Positions 1 to 8,801 of a stretch of DNA of 64,000 bases are shown here, piece by piece. The translations under genes and the position numbers were made by a program. Positions within the stretch are counted from its first letter, which is position 1. Each line of letters begins with the position of its first letter. Source of the DNA: a virus; the IMG/VR virus record IMGVR_UViG_3300007609_001696, positions 19,267 through 83,266 of that record; one strand, 5' to 3'. The notes under the pieces are model-generated. The model had not been told where the DNA came from. It was given only the letters and a program-made list of their open reading frames with translations, and did no database searches.

Positions 1-658
1 CCAGATCGGCCTGATCACCAACCACAAACTTAAAATAGAGGTTGCTGTTAGGAATGTTAGAATATTCCACTGCAATTTCAGGCCTAATAGCAGAATCCCA
101 AGATTCTCCCGAAACACTGAGTTTTGGGCTACAAGAAAAAGTCCATGTAATCTGCTTTTGAGTTTCGAGGAATTCACGGAAAGGTCCGCGTAGCTGTTGA
201 GTTGTATTTGTCTCAAAAGTGACATTTTTTAAATCCTTCATTTTAGGGTGGCCGAACAGATCTGCGTACAATCTTTGCCATCCTAGTAGAGGTTCCCCTC
301 CTGTTAAAATAAGATGTATGTCTTGCCCGTTGTCTAGTGTCCAACTGCCGTTTGGTGTTAACTCCAGTAATCGATCTACTACTTCATCAAGTTCACTATC
401 AGTAGCAAGGTGCTTAAACCTAGGATCCCAACTAGCGTAGCTGTCGCATCCGGTGCGTACAAGAGGTAGTTCCTCAAATGTTGTATAATCTGTTGCAATG
501 ACATTTTTATATTCCTCACTTAATTGGCCTTTGGGCATGCCAAAACCTTCGCATTTAAAATTGCAGCCAAATGTACGCAGGAATACACTAGGCACGCCTA
601 CAAACTGTCCTTCGCCTTGCACACTATAAAATGCTTCTGTGTATCTTAACTTTGGCAT
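1..658 (-). CDS. queE: 7-carboxy-7-deazaguanine synthase (radical SAM), runs off the window start
   Basis: Manual translation (not in ORF track): MPKLRYTEAFYSVQGEGQFVGVPSVFLRTFGCNFKC...GCDSYASW...HLILTGGEPL; TAATG overlap with the queD stop. Confidence 0.9.
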   Translation of the reverse strand, partial: MPKLRYTEAFYSVQGEGQFVGVPSVFLRTFGCNFKCEGFGMPKGQLSEEYKNVIATDYTTFEELPLVRTGCDSYASWDPRFKHLATDSELDEVVDRLLELTPNGSWTLDNGQDIHLILTGGEPLLGWQRLYADLFGHPKMKDLKNVTFETNTTQQLRGPFREFLETQKQITWTFSCSPKLSVSGESWDSAIRPEIAVEYSNIPNSNLYFKFVVGDQADL

Positions 659-1245
659 TATTTTTCTAGCCTTGCTAATGCATCTTGCGGTGACTCCCAG
701 TCCCATTCAGGAATCATTGGCAATGTCTTGTCCTTTGCCATTTTACGCTGTGCGTCAGTTTTAGCAGTTTCCTCATCAACTTCGCACATAGCATCGTTGC
801 GATCATGCTCGTACACACGCACTCGCTCTACATAACAACGACCTTGTGTGATCTTGTAAATGTAGTGATTAACATGTTCCCAGATAAACAAACTGCTCAT
901 TTCCATGCTTACGCCACTGGGCAATACACGTAATGTGCCCAATAGGCCATTTGTTTCGATGTGATCACTGCCGCGAAGTTGCTCCAATCGCGGATCGTCT
1001 GCTGGAAGAACAGTAACATGATCAAAATAGTATTCTAAAAACTCCTTCACAGGCTTTAGCCCGCCAAACGGAACAATCCATCCATGCTCGTCTGGTTCAC
1101 CTGCAAATGTAAATTCTACACTGCGATCATATCCGTGAATTTGGGCACAATGTCCAGGTGATCCATCTTCTTTGATATCAAACCACTGTGCATGCCCACA
1201 AGGTAGATACTTGTATACTTTGGTTGACTTAATCTTAATACTCAT
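658..1245 (-). CDS. queD: 6-carboxy-5,6,7,8-tetrahydropterin synthase
   Basis: H...C..IHGY Zn motif, FDH, SME, terminal YE; adjacent to queE. Confidence 0.88.
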   Translation of the reverse strand: MSIKIKSTKVYKYLPCGHAQWFDIKEDGSPGHCAQIHGYDRSVEFTFAGEPDEHGWIVPFGGLKPVKEFLEYYFDHVTVLPADDPRLEQLRGSDHIETNGLLGTLRVLPSGVSMEMSSLFIWEHVNHYIYKITQGRCYVERVRVYEHDRNDAMCEVDEETAKTDAQRKMAKDKTLPMIPEWDWESPQDALARLEK

Positions 1246-1269
1246 CTCTTGCCTCCGTTGAGTAAGTTT

Positions 1270-1311
1270 GATGACGCAGAATTTTTAAAGTGGGTTGATG
1301 TCGAGACCACT
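1270..1311 (-). promoter_or_regulatory. Candidate preQ1-I-like riboswitch aptamer in the queD leader
   Basis: AGUGG-UCUCGACAUCAAC-CCACU-UUAAAAAUUCUGCGUC: 5-bp P1, 13-nt loop, A-rich tail, upstream of queD-queE. Confidence 0.55.
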
Positions 1312-1354
1312 GTGTATAATAGAGTATTATACACGGTATACGAGGATTTGTAAA
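1312..1354 (-). promoter_or_regulatory. Sigma70-type promoter for queD-queE with an inverted repeat over the -10
   Basis: TTTACA(1354-1349)-17 nt-TATAAT(1331-1326); GTGTATAATA-CTC-TATTATACAC palindrome; TAAATA just upstream. Confidence 0.7.
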
Positions 1355-1355
1355 G

Positions 1356-1871
1356 TTATTTATCACAGATCTGTATTGCAAGAACACTGCGAAGCTCCCC
1401 GCAGTTTCTTGTAGGAGCACGGCCAACATGCGGGTACTTGCTGTTGAAAATTACAGCAGTGCCCGGTTTTGGTAAAACTGATGTGGTACTGTCTTCAAAA
1501 ATAAAAGTTTCTCCGCCCCAGTTATGATCCCAGCGTTTGTTGAGATACAAAACACAGGTGATGTGATCATCGTCAGGATGATCTATGTGCACATCCCCAT
1601 CTAATCCATAGGTGTTGCCTGCAATCATTACTCTTAGTATTTTTTTGTTCGGATAAAGATCCAACAATTGTTTTACAAGTTCTTTTACGCTTGTAACACA
1701 AATATCTTTGAATCGTGATGCATATAGATCATATAAATTGATAAACCACATAGGATATGCAGTGTTTTCGTTGCTTTTCTGACCAAATCTCCACAACGGT
1801 TGATTTATAAGTTCTCGATTTATTTGTTCCAACTGTTGTTCAGTTGCAAAATTATCTATAATTTGACTCAT
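1356..1871 (-). CDS. 2OG-Fe(II) oxygenase (prolyl-hydroxylase-like)
   Basis: HxD (HID), YLN..W..WGGET, distal H and R; start probably MSQII. Confidence 0.8.
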   Translation of the reverse strand: MSQIIDNFATEQQLEQINRELINQPLWRFGQKSNENTAYPMWFINLYDLYASRFKDICVTSVKELVKQLLDLYPNKKILRVMIAGNTYGLDGDVHIDHPDDDHITCVLYLNKRWDHNWGGETFIFEDSTTSVLPKPGTAVIFNSKYPHVGRAPTRNCGELRSVLAIQICDK

Positions 1872-2037
1872 TGTTCTTTGATAGTGCCGCAACAGCCTCG
1901 GTTTGAACATCTAATAACAATTCTCGAATCATGTCTTGTCTGAGACTGTTGAAGCCACGATCTATTTGCCATTTGTGAAGTTCCAACACATTGTCTAACT
2001 TATCTTTGAGATCTTGTACAATTTTTTCACTGATCAT
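1852..2037 (-). CDS. Hypothetical protein
   Basis: Coupled ORF in operon; start probably MISEK. Confidence 0.55.
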   Translation of the reverse strand: MISEKIVQDLKDKLDNVLELHKWQIDRGFNSLRQDMIRELLLDVQTEAVAALSKNNESNYR

Positions 2038-2209
2038 TTTCAGAATCCTTTTTATCGCTAATACTCCACGTGCCGTCTTTGTTATCATGCCAGTATAGCA
2101 CAGTGCCTTCTTTCCAGCCCATTTCTTCCAACAAACTTTCTGGAAAAGGCAAGATTAAATTGCCCTCGTTGTCCTCTTCGAGGTTTGCAACATAATTTTT
2201 ATCATTCAT
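2027..2209 (-). CDS. AbrB/MazE/SpoVT-like small DNA-binding protein
   Basis: LILPFPESLLEEMGWKEGTVL pattern. Confidence 0.6.
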   Translation of the reverse strand: MNDKNYVANLEEDNEGNLILPFPESLLEEMGWKEGTVLYWHDNKDGTWSISDKKDSENDQ

Positions 2210-2768
2210 ACTTGCCTACGGCCTCCCATGGATACACAAGCCAAACGTCCTTTTCTGCTTTGTTAACTTCGTGGGCATAGTAACTAACCAAATCAAACTC
2301 TGAACTCAAATTTTCTGTGATCACAGCAAACCGCACGTTGCGTCCCCATACACTGTTCCATGCTTCTAGTTCATGTGGTAAACAACTGCTTTCCCAATCA
2401 TTTTTAATCCAGTTGAATGTAGCGCCTGTGTCGTTGATATCATCAACGATTAGAATATTTTTGCGTTGCTTTATGTCCCAACGACAGCCTGTTACGCCAC
2501 TTTCTTCTGTATAGTTATAACCAAACGCATCTTCGCTCATCCAGCAATTGGTCTCACTGCCGTGTCCGCTTTTATTGTCGCGAAGACTAACTTTAAGTGC
2601 TTCGCCGCCAACATCCAACATGTTGCTGATAATAGTAGCAGGAACATTACCACCTCTGGTTATACCTACAACGTAGTCAGGAATCCACGCATCTTTGTGC
2701 ATCTGAGTACAGATATCCATGCATGCTGTTTCTATGTCTTGCCAACTGTAGTAGTGTTTTTCTATCAT
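2202..2768 (-). CDS. Type I phosphoribosyltransferase (xanthine/guanine PRT-like)
   Basis: GITRGG, PRPP motif ILIVDDINDTGAT, C-terminal WLVYPWE. Confidence 0.85.
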   Translation of the reverse strand: MIEKHYYSWQDIETACMDICTQMHKDAWIPDYVVGITRGGNVPATIISNMLDVGGEALKVSLRDNKSGHGSETNCWMSEDAFGYNYTEESGVTGCRWDIKQRKNILIVDDINDTGATFNWIKNDWESSCLPHELEAWNSVWGRNVRFAVITENLSSEFDLVSYYAHEVNKAEKDVWLVYPWEAVGKYE

Positions 2769-3211
2769 AGTGCCTCCTTTGATCTAATGGAAAAATATTC
2801 TTCGTGATCTATCCACTGTCCTTGTCGCACAAATCCCCAGTTTCTTTTTTTGCTGAAAGGCATAAAAAGAGTCCATGCTGTGATGTCTGGATCTAACTCT
2901 ATACGATGCAAACTTTGCGGACTGCTTACTCTAAAATGCCCAGGCCCCCGCCACTTTGCCACAGGAATACCATTTACTGATACCCATTCCCAGTAGCCAC
3001 CTCTAAGAATAAAAGTAAAATATCCCCATGGGTGATCATGGAGGTCATCCGGGTCGCTTTTTAAAAACTTGTGCAAAAATACATTAAATGGAAAATTATT
3101 CCTATCCTTGATAAACAGATAATAGCGTTCCAAGTAAGGCTCTTTGCCTGTTCTGTCAAGTATCACTCGATGTCTGTTTAGTCGTTGCATTAATGTTTTA
3201 AACATCACCAC
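2765..3211 (-). CDS. Cupin-fold protein
   Basis: LHDHPW...GGYWE...HRI motifs. Confidence 0.7.
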   Translation of the reverse strand: MVMFKTLMQRLNRHRVILDRTGKEPYLERYYLFIKDRNNFPFNVFLHKFLKSDPDDLHDHPWGYFTFILRGGYWEWVSVNGIPVAKWRGPGHFRVSSPQSLHRIELDPDITAWTLFMPFSKKRNWGFVRQGQWIDHEEYFSIRSKEAL

Positions 3212-3638
3212 TCCGTTTGATAGTATCGATCATGTGTTTTTGTTCTATCAAGTCTTCCAAACTGGGCAACGATTCTAGCTTGTGTTTCACTTCAGGACTG
3301 TCGCACAATGCTTGTTCTACCATTTCTACTCGGGTAATAATAGCATCCAGTTTATCGTCTATACGTTCCAGTGTTTCGGCAACTTTTATTTCTTTGCCTG
3401 CGCCTCTGTGTATGGTAACATCATTTGGCTGATCCAGTATATCTGTTAGTGTAAACGAATAGTCACTGTGATCGAACCAACCACTACCGCTCATGTTATC
3501 GTCTGAAAAAGACAAATCTAGGGCAGAATCATCTGCTCCTAGATCTAGTGTGATTGTGTCCTCTGTGTTGTTACTACAGTCCTCGCTGAGCACTATAATG
3601 TTAAAAGGATCATAATGGTGATTAGAATTTGAACTCAT
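3198..3638 (-). CDS. Hypothetical protein (acidic N-terminus, coiled-coil C-terminus)
   Basis: ORF in operon; start probably MSSNS. Confidence 0.5.
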   Translation of the reverse strand: MSSNSNHHYDPFNIIVLSEDCSNNTEDTITLDLGADDSALDLSFSDDNMSGSGWFDHSDYSFTLTDILDQPNDVTIHRGAGKEIKVAETLERIDDKLDAIITRVEMVEQALCDSPEVKHKLESLPSLEDLIEQKHMIDTIKRSGDV

Positions 3639-6600
3639 ATTCCACGCCGTATTCCACAACATCTTGATCTGTGCCGGCATAGTTGACCCTATTCTCAACG
3701 TATGCACCAAGGTTGTGATTGTCTGTATTATAACTTAAACTTACACCAAAGTCAACTTCGGTATAGCCACTGCTGAGATTTGCTGTTTGTCGCTGAGTGA
3801 TTACCTTGCCGTCTATGGTGCGTGCAACTGGAACATCTAAATTAAGATCCCCGCTTACAATCCGAGTAGGAATACTTGCTGTAGCACCAAACACATAGTC
3901 GCTAACATTTTTAAACATCCCGACATGAGCTGATACGCTTGTCACGTTGTTGACTTCAGAAACTAAACTACTGTCTGCACCGGCATTGTTAATGCTGTAT
4001 CCTAATTCTGTGCGTCCGATAAAGTCAAGCCCAAACATGTTCTTAGACGCTGTGTAAGCGCCGTACACAGTACGAGTATGATCATCTAATGCAAATACTC
4101 CACTAAAATCATTGCCCAACAATTGATCTTTTTCTTGCACAAACCCAATCTCCCAACTGTTGTACTGTTTGGCAATACCAAACGAGTTTTGGTTGTGTCC
4201 TGATACTACCAAGCCCATTGCACGTTGAACACTGCCTGCTAGACTAGCAAAACTGGACGTGACCTTACCTTGACTGAGATCCTTGGCCCAACTAGCGACA
4301 CGAGTATCTTCTGTAAAGTTAGCACTGCTGAGATCAACGTAGAAGTCACGTTCAAACTTGTCCAGCACCATTGTATTGCTAGCCACACTTCCTAAGTTGA
4401 TGTTACCTCCGACACCGCCGCTCAACTGTGCTACGCCGCCATCGGTTCGGCCTGTTTTGGGGATTCCGGTAGCACCCACTGGTTGCGTAGCACTATCCAT
4501 GTCAAGCAATCCTTGTCCGTGTACATTTTCATTGTAGTTGGGAATGTCTTTGTTTGCTGTAGTTAGTACTAATTTAGCCAAGTTTGGTGCTGTCATGTGT
4601 GGCCACATTTGATGCAACACTGCTACTGCACCTGCAACTGCCGGAGCTGCCATACTAGTTCCACTCATATGATTGTAATTGTTGTTGCGCACACTGCTAT
4701 AAACACTGCTCCCCGGAGCCATAATATAGAAGTCTTTGATCCTGTATGCATCGTTGCACTGTTGAACAGCATCATTCCAATCCAAGCAAACATGTCCTGC
4801 TTTATTACTGGACGGATCGATGCGATCGTTTGCCGAGTTCCAGTTGCCTACAATCAACATTCTGCCATCTAACACAAGATCGCCATTGTCGTCTGTGACT
4901 GTGGCCATTAGACCCGGGTAAGCTGCGTAGTCTAGTCCGTCGTTGCCGGCAGCCACTGTTAGTACAGTTTGATTGTTGTCTGCAGATACCCAATTTTTTG
5001 TGTCATCTACATAACCATTGTAACCGTTGGTGCTGTAGTACCAATGGTTGTTGCTGAACATACCATTGCCGTGGCTCTCAAGATTGTTTTTCCAGCCACT
5101 GTCGAAATTACTGCTGGCACTCATGTTGTAAACCACTGCTCCGTTTTGATGTGCCCAAGCAAGCCCTTGCTTGGCGTAAAAGAAACTGTAACCCGTGTTG
5201 TTGGTTACTTTGGCAATTAGCAGTTTAGCATCAGGTGCAACACCCACGGATCCGTTGTTGTTCAACTCTCCGGCTGCAATACCGGCTACATGAGTGCCAT
5301 GACCGTCTAAATCACTGACATTTGAAGATCCGTCTAAGAAATTTTTAGTGCCAATTATTTGATCGTCCAATTCTGCATGATTAACGTCGGCACCTGTGTC
5401 GGCAATAGCAATAATACTGCCTTTGCCCGTCCATCCTCTGCTCCATGCAGCATCTACTTTGATTTCTGCAAGATGATCATCGCCTTTGCTGTCAGTGGCC
5501 CAAAATTCTTGCTTGCTTCTATATTCGTCTGCAGAAAGCACACCGGCAGTAGGAGTGCCTAATGCTGAATCAGAATATTCAACATCAACATATCCGTCAA
5601 AATCGTCTTCAACTTCTTGTGTATCATCCACAGATTGATTGTTCTTTATGGATACATCAGTTTGTTCAACCACAGTTTCTTTTTTAGGAGAAGCAATTAT
5701 TTCTTCTGTGGTTACACGGCGAACAATTTTTGTTTTTGTACTTTCGTCGCTGTATGTTTCCTTGATTGTATCATCCCAGATAGTTTCCACTACTTCGATC
5801 TGACCGGTTGTAATTCTATATTCGGTATACTCTGCGATCACAGTATCACCGTTGGAATTTACACTTTCCTCCTCGTAGACACGAATAAGTAACTTTCTCA
5901 CGTCTCCGTCTTTGACTTCGATAATTCTGCGAGCCTTCATTTCGGTACCCATAACTGTTGACTCGGTAAGCGAAACAACTGGCTCTTCAACAACTGGTTC
6001 TTCTACCACTGGCTCTTCAACAACTGGCTCTTCTACCACTGGCTCTTCTTCAACTACCACTGGCTCTTCTTCAACTACCACTGGCTCTTCAACTACCACT
6101 GGTTCTTCAACTACCACTGGCTCTTCTTCAACTACCACTGGCTCTTCAACTACCACTGGCTCTTCTTCGATAACTACTTCGCCGTCGGAGCCGGTTACTA
6201 CTACTAAATTGTTTTCCTGTATGATATTATCTGCTTGTTGTTGTGATTCTACAGCAACAATTTGAGATTCGGAATAGATATAATTTTCAAATTGCCCCGG
6301 ATCGGCAATAATGTTTGCTTGTGAAACATCAATAGGTTTGCCGTAGCTGATTTGTTCTACCAAGGGTTTGACTTTTTGCGATAAAAACTTAAAACTGGCC
6401 GCGGCAGTGTAATAATCACTGCTGTACAATATTTGTGCTTGTTTGATTGGATCTAGCTGATTAATAGAAGCCTGTAAAGCAGACCATGTTGACTCGAGCG
6501 CACGAATTGCTCTTGTAGCTGTGTGTGCTATTTGTTGATCAGAACCTGTGGGATTGGTCAGACTACTCAGTCGCCCAAGTGCATTTAATTGTTGTTCGAG

Positions 6601-6768
6601 ACCGCTGATATTAGCTTGTACTTGAGAAATATTTTGGTTTAACCCGGCTTCGTTGAGAATGTTTTGCACAGGTTGAGAAATGGTGTTTGCACCAGAGTTA
6701 CCTCCACTGCCGCATCCCGCCAACAGGGCTGTAGCCGAAACTGCAAGTGCTAATTTTGAATACTTCAT
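3622..6768 (-). CDS. Lipoprotein S8 (subtilisin-like) serine protease with a probable C-terminal beta-barrel
   Basis: Lipobox LLAG-C; triad DTG / HGTHVAG / GTSMAAP; C-terminal YEFKF. Confidence 0.88.
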   Translation of the reverse strand: MKYSKLALAVSATALLAGCGSGGNSGANTISQPVQNILNEAGLNQNISQVQANISGLEQQLNALGRLSSLTNPTGSDQQIAHTATRAIRALESTWSALQASINQLDPIKQAQILYSSDYYTAAASFKFLSQKVKPLVEQISYGKPIDVSQANIIADPGQFENYIYSESQIVAVESQQQADNIIQENNLVVVTGSDGEVVIEEEPVVVEEPVVVEEEPVVVEEPVVVEEPVVVEEEPVVVEEEPVVEEPVVEEPVVEEPVVEEPVVSLTESTVMGTEMKARRIIEVKDGDVRKLLIRVYEEESVNSNGDTVIAEYTEYRITTGQIEVVETIWDDTIKETYSDESTKTKIVRRVTTEEIIASPKKETVVEQTDVSIKNNQSVDDTQEVEDDFDGYVDVEYSDSALGTPTAGVLSADEYRSKQEFWATDSKGDDHLAEIKVDAAWSRGWTGKGSIIAIADTGADVNHAELDDQIIGTKNFLDGSSNVSDLDGHGTHVAGIAAGELNNNGSVGVAPDAKLLIAKVTNNTGYSFFYAKQGLAWAHQNGAVVYNMSASSNFDSGWKNNLESHGNGMFSNNHWYYSTNGYNGYVDDTKNWVSADNNQTVLTVAAGNDGLDYAAYPGLMATVTDDNGDLVLDGRMLIVGNWNSANDRIDPSSNKAGHVCLDWNDAVQQCNDAYRIKDFYIMAPGSSVYSSVRNNNYNHMSGTSMAAPAVAGAVAVLHQMWPHMTAPNLAKLVLTTANKDIPNYNENVHGQGLLDMDSATQPVGATGIPKTGRTDGGVAQLSGGVGGNINLGSVASNTMVLDKFERDFYVDLSSANFTEDTRVASWAKDLSQGKVTSSFASLAGSVQRAMGLVVSGHNQNSFGIAKQYNSWEIGFVQEKDQLLGNDFSGVFALDDHTRTVYGAYTASKNMFGLDFIGRTELGYSINNAGADSSLVSEVNNVTSVSAHVGMFKNVSDYVFGATASIPTRIVSGDLNLDVPVARTIDGKVITQRQTANLSSGYTEVDFGVSLSYNTDNHNLGAYVENRVNYAGTDQDVVEYGVEYEFKF
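5975..6170 (-). repeat. Coding tandem repeat (15/18/21-bp units) encoding an (E)EEPVV(V) spacer
   Basis: Repeated actggctcttc(ttc)aactacc units inside the protease gene. Confidence 0.9.
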
Positions 6769-6799
6769 TGATTGCTTCTCTTGTTTACTACCTACAAGT

Positions 6800-6829
6800 A
6801 TAGTATATAGAATACAATTATTTTGTCAA
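6800..6829 (-). promoter_or_regulatory. Sigma70-type (early) promoter of the protease gene
   Basis: TTGACA(6829-6824) with TATACT/TACTAT 16-18 nt downstream. Confidence 0.6.
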
Positions 6830-6972
6830 CCAAAAATAGCTACAAAAAGCAAAAAAGATATGAGAAGTATGATTAATATGCCAAACACTTGTAGCACAAA
6901 GTCAACTATACTTCTCATGGTATTAGGAAACAGCAACACAAGAAGTATTGCTGTTAATAAAAAAACTATCAA
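6826..6972 (-). CDS. Small membrane protein (48 aa, two hydrophobic segments)
   Basis: TTG start overlapping the upstream TGA; MIVFLLTAILLVLLFP...FGILIILLISFLLFVAIFG; below ORF-track cutoff. Confidence 0.5.
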   Translation of the reverse strand: MIVFLLTAILLVLLFPNTMRSIVDFVLQVFGILIILLISFLLFVAIFG

Positions 6973-7700
6973 TTAGCCTTCCAAATGTCGGCATAGTAGC
7001 CCTTGCCAGTGGTATCGCCGCCGTCGTTGTCAACTTCATTGCCGTTGTATGTAACACCCACAATAGTGTCTTCGCCGTTCAAGTATTCTACTACTTGCAA
7101 ACGCAGTTTAGCAGGATCAAACTGTTCCCCATTTGTCAGATGCAGTACTCCATCGAAAAATGTGCCTTTTTCTGAGCTAAACATTTGAGCAACATACTCA
7201 CTGGGTGCTTCGTCGCAACAGGAGTATTCTTGAATCTCGATGTATTCTTCGCCTGAGTTTTCATAGATTTCGTCAGCTAGTGCAGCGACTTCTTGATGTT
7301 CCAATACTGTGTCCAGTAACGTTGACTCATAATCTTCGCCGTCGACTTCGTTGATTTCAATCATGGCACTGTCATAGTCTGCGCCAAATGTATGTTCGAA
7401 TTCCTCTGGCGGTTCATACCATGGACGAGCATCACCATCTTCGTCGATCATAAAATGAGCTTCATCTGGCACATCGTCGATGTAGTCGAAATCATACTCG
7501 TCGTCTTCTGAACTTACCATGTAATGCACTAGATCAGCGTCGCCGTGTTCTTCTACCACTGGTTTCCAAAAATCGTGTGCTTGTTTACTAACACTCATGT
7601 AAGAGGATTCTCCTCCGTATCCATTGATAGTGATGCGGTAATAACGATCCGGGCGTTTGATTGCTTGAATAAGTTCTTCTTGCTGTTCTACAGTTGCCAC
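6969..7700 (-). CDS. Highly acidic hypothetical protein
   Basis: 243 aa, D/E-rich, AGGAG RBS. Confidence 0.7.
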   Translation of the reverse strand: MATVEQQEELIQAIKRPDRYYRITINGYGGESSYMSVSKQAHDFWKPVVEEHGDADLVHYMVSSEDDEYDFDYIDDVPDEAHFMIDEDGDARPWYEPPEEFEHTFGADYDSAMIEINEVDGEDYESTLLDTVLEHQEVAALADEIYENSGEEYIEIQEYSCCDEAPSEYVAQMFSSEKGTFFDGVLHLTNGEQFDPAKLRLQVVEYLNGEDTIVGVTYNGNEVDNDGGDTTGKGYYADIWKAN

Positions 7701-8365
7701 TTTATACTCCTACAGTCTGGGTAGCTAAAATCATTGTGTTGAAATATTTCTTTTCTGCGCAGTTTGTTGTTGGCTATTACACATTCTTCCGGACGCATGT
7801 AATAGTGATAGCCGATCGAAATAGTGCCTTCGATCCACGGACTATCTCTCAAGTCTCTGCCATCGTACCTGGCACGACTCAGCCATTCATATGCATCTTT
7901 GTTGTCAGTTAGTATAGCACCTCCTAAGCCAATGTCAAGAGGTTTTCCACGTCCAAAGCTCAAGCATTGAAATTGTCCTGCACGGTACATATTGGGTTCT
8001 AATCTTCTAGCACTGTCCCACACAGGCGATGGTGCCATTTGGTATTCATACTCCCAATCATAATTGCAGTATTCAAAAGGTATGTGCAACTTGTGCAGTG
8101 TTTGTGGCACACTCAAATATGTATATGCCGGAATCTCCAACGGCTCTAACCATTTCAAGTACCGCAAGCAAAGCTCAATTGCGTGGGTACATCTGTCTGT
8201 GGTCACTGCATAAGGTGCCCCAGTGAATTCTGCTAGTTTAGTTTCAAAATCAAAAATAGCATCAAATGGATCTTTGTAATTAGTTAAATCCACCGGGCAT
8301 AAGTCCTGTGATCTGCAGTGTGTATCTAAAGTCGGGTCCAAGATTTGCTGCCATGTGCGGCACAT
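7688..8365 (-). CDS. DegT/DnrJ/EryC1/StrS-family PLP aminotransferase-like (short form)
   Basis: FE..LAEFTGAPYAV, DSAR, LSFGRGKPL.IG.GGAILT; true start probably near 8290. Confidence 0.78.
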   Translation of the reverse strand: MCRTWQQILDPTLDTHCRSQDLCPVDLTNYKDPFDAIFDFETKLAEFTGAPYAVTTDRCTHAIELCLRYLKWLEPLEIPAYTYLSVPQTLHKLHIPFEYCNYDWEYEYQMAPSPVWDSARRLEPNMYRAGQFQCLSFGRGKPLDIGLGGAILTDNKDAYEWLSRARYDGRDLRDSPWIEGTISIGYHYYMRPEECVIANNKLRRKEIFQHNDFSYPDCRSIKWQL

Positions 8366-8801
8366 CTCCTTGCCAGATTACACAGCTTCCTTTGGTGTAT
8401 TCCACAAATGGTTTGCTATCTATTTCAAAAATATGACCTGGCTTCCAGTCTTCTAAAAAAACCACTGCACGATATACCATGTCGCTGGTAACGCTGTTGT
8501 GCTCGCAGTATCTGGCATATGTGTCGCTGTGATAAGGTAAAATTGTTCCAGGGTCCATTCTATAAAAGCTTGTTCCTGCTTTTTCGAATCCTAGTTCTTG
8601 TGCAATCTCAATAGCCCATTTTGGCTGATACCGTCTAAAATCTACCATCCAACCTGTATCATAGATATCCCCGTAGGTTGCGCTCCATGCTTCTGTGGTT
8701 TCTGAATCATTGAACGGTTCTTTGAAGTAATTGAGAAGTTTAAAGCTTGTGTTGTCGAACTCAGTGTTTACTCGTGAAAAAGTCCAATTGTTATTGTTCA
8801 T
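8280..8801 (-). CDS. Cupin / 2OG-Fe(II) oxygenase-like protein
   Basis: PGTILPYHSD, PHMAANLG..RYTLQITG. Confidence 0.7.
   Translation of the reverse strand: MNNNNWTFSRVNTEFDNTSFKLLNYFKEPFNDSETTEAWSATYGDIYDTGWMVDFRRYQPKWAIEIAQELGFEKAGTSFYRMDPGTILPYHSDTYARYCEHNSVTSDMVYRAVVFLEDWKPGHIFEIDSKPFVEYTKGSCVIWQGDVPHMAANLGPDFRYTLQITGLMPGGFN

Noticed and set aside
5975-6170. Repeat array as CRISPR
   Set aside because: No spacers; units are multiples of 3 and encode EEPVV inside a CDS.
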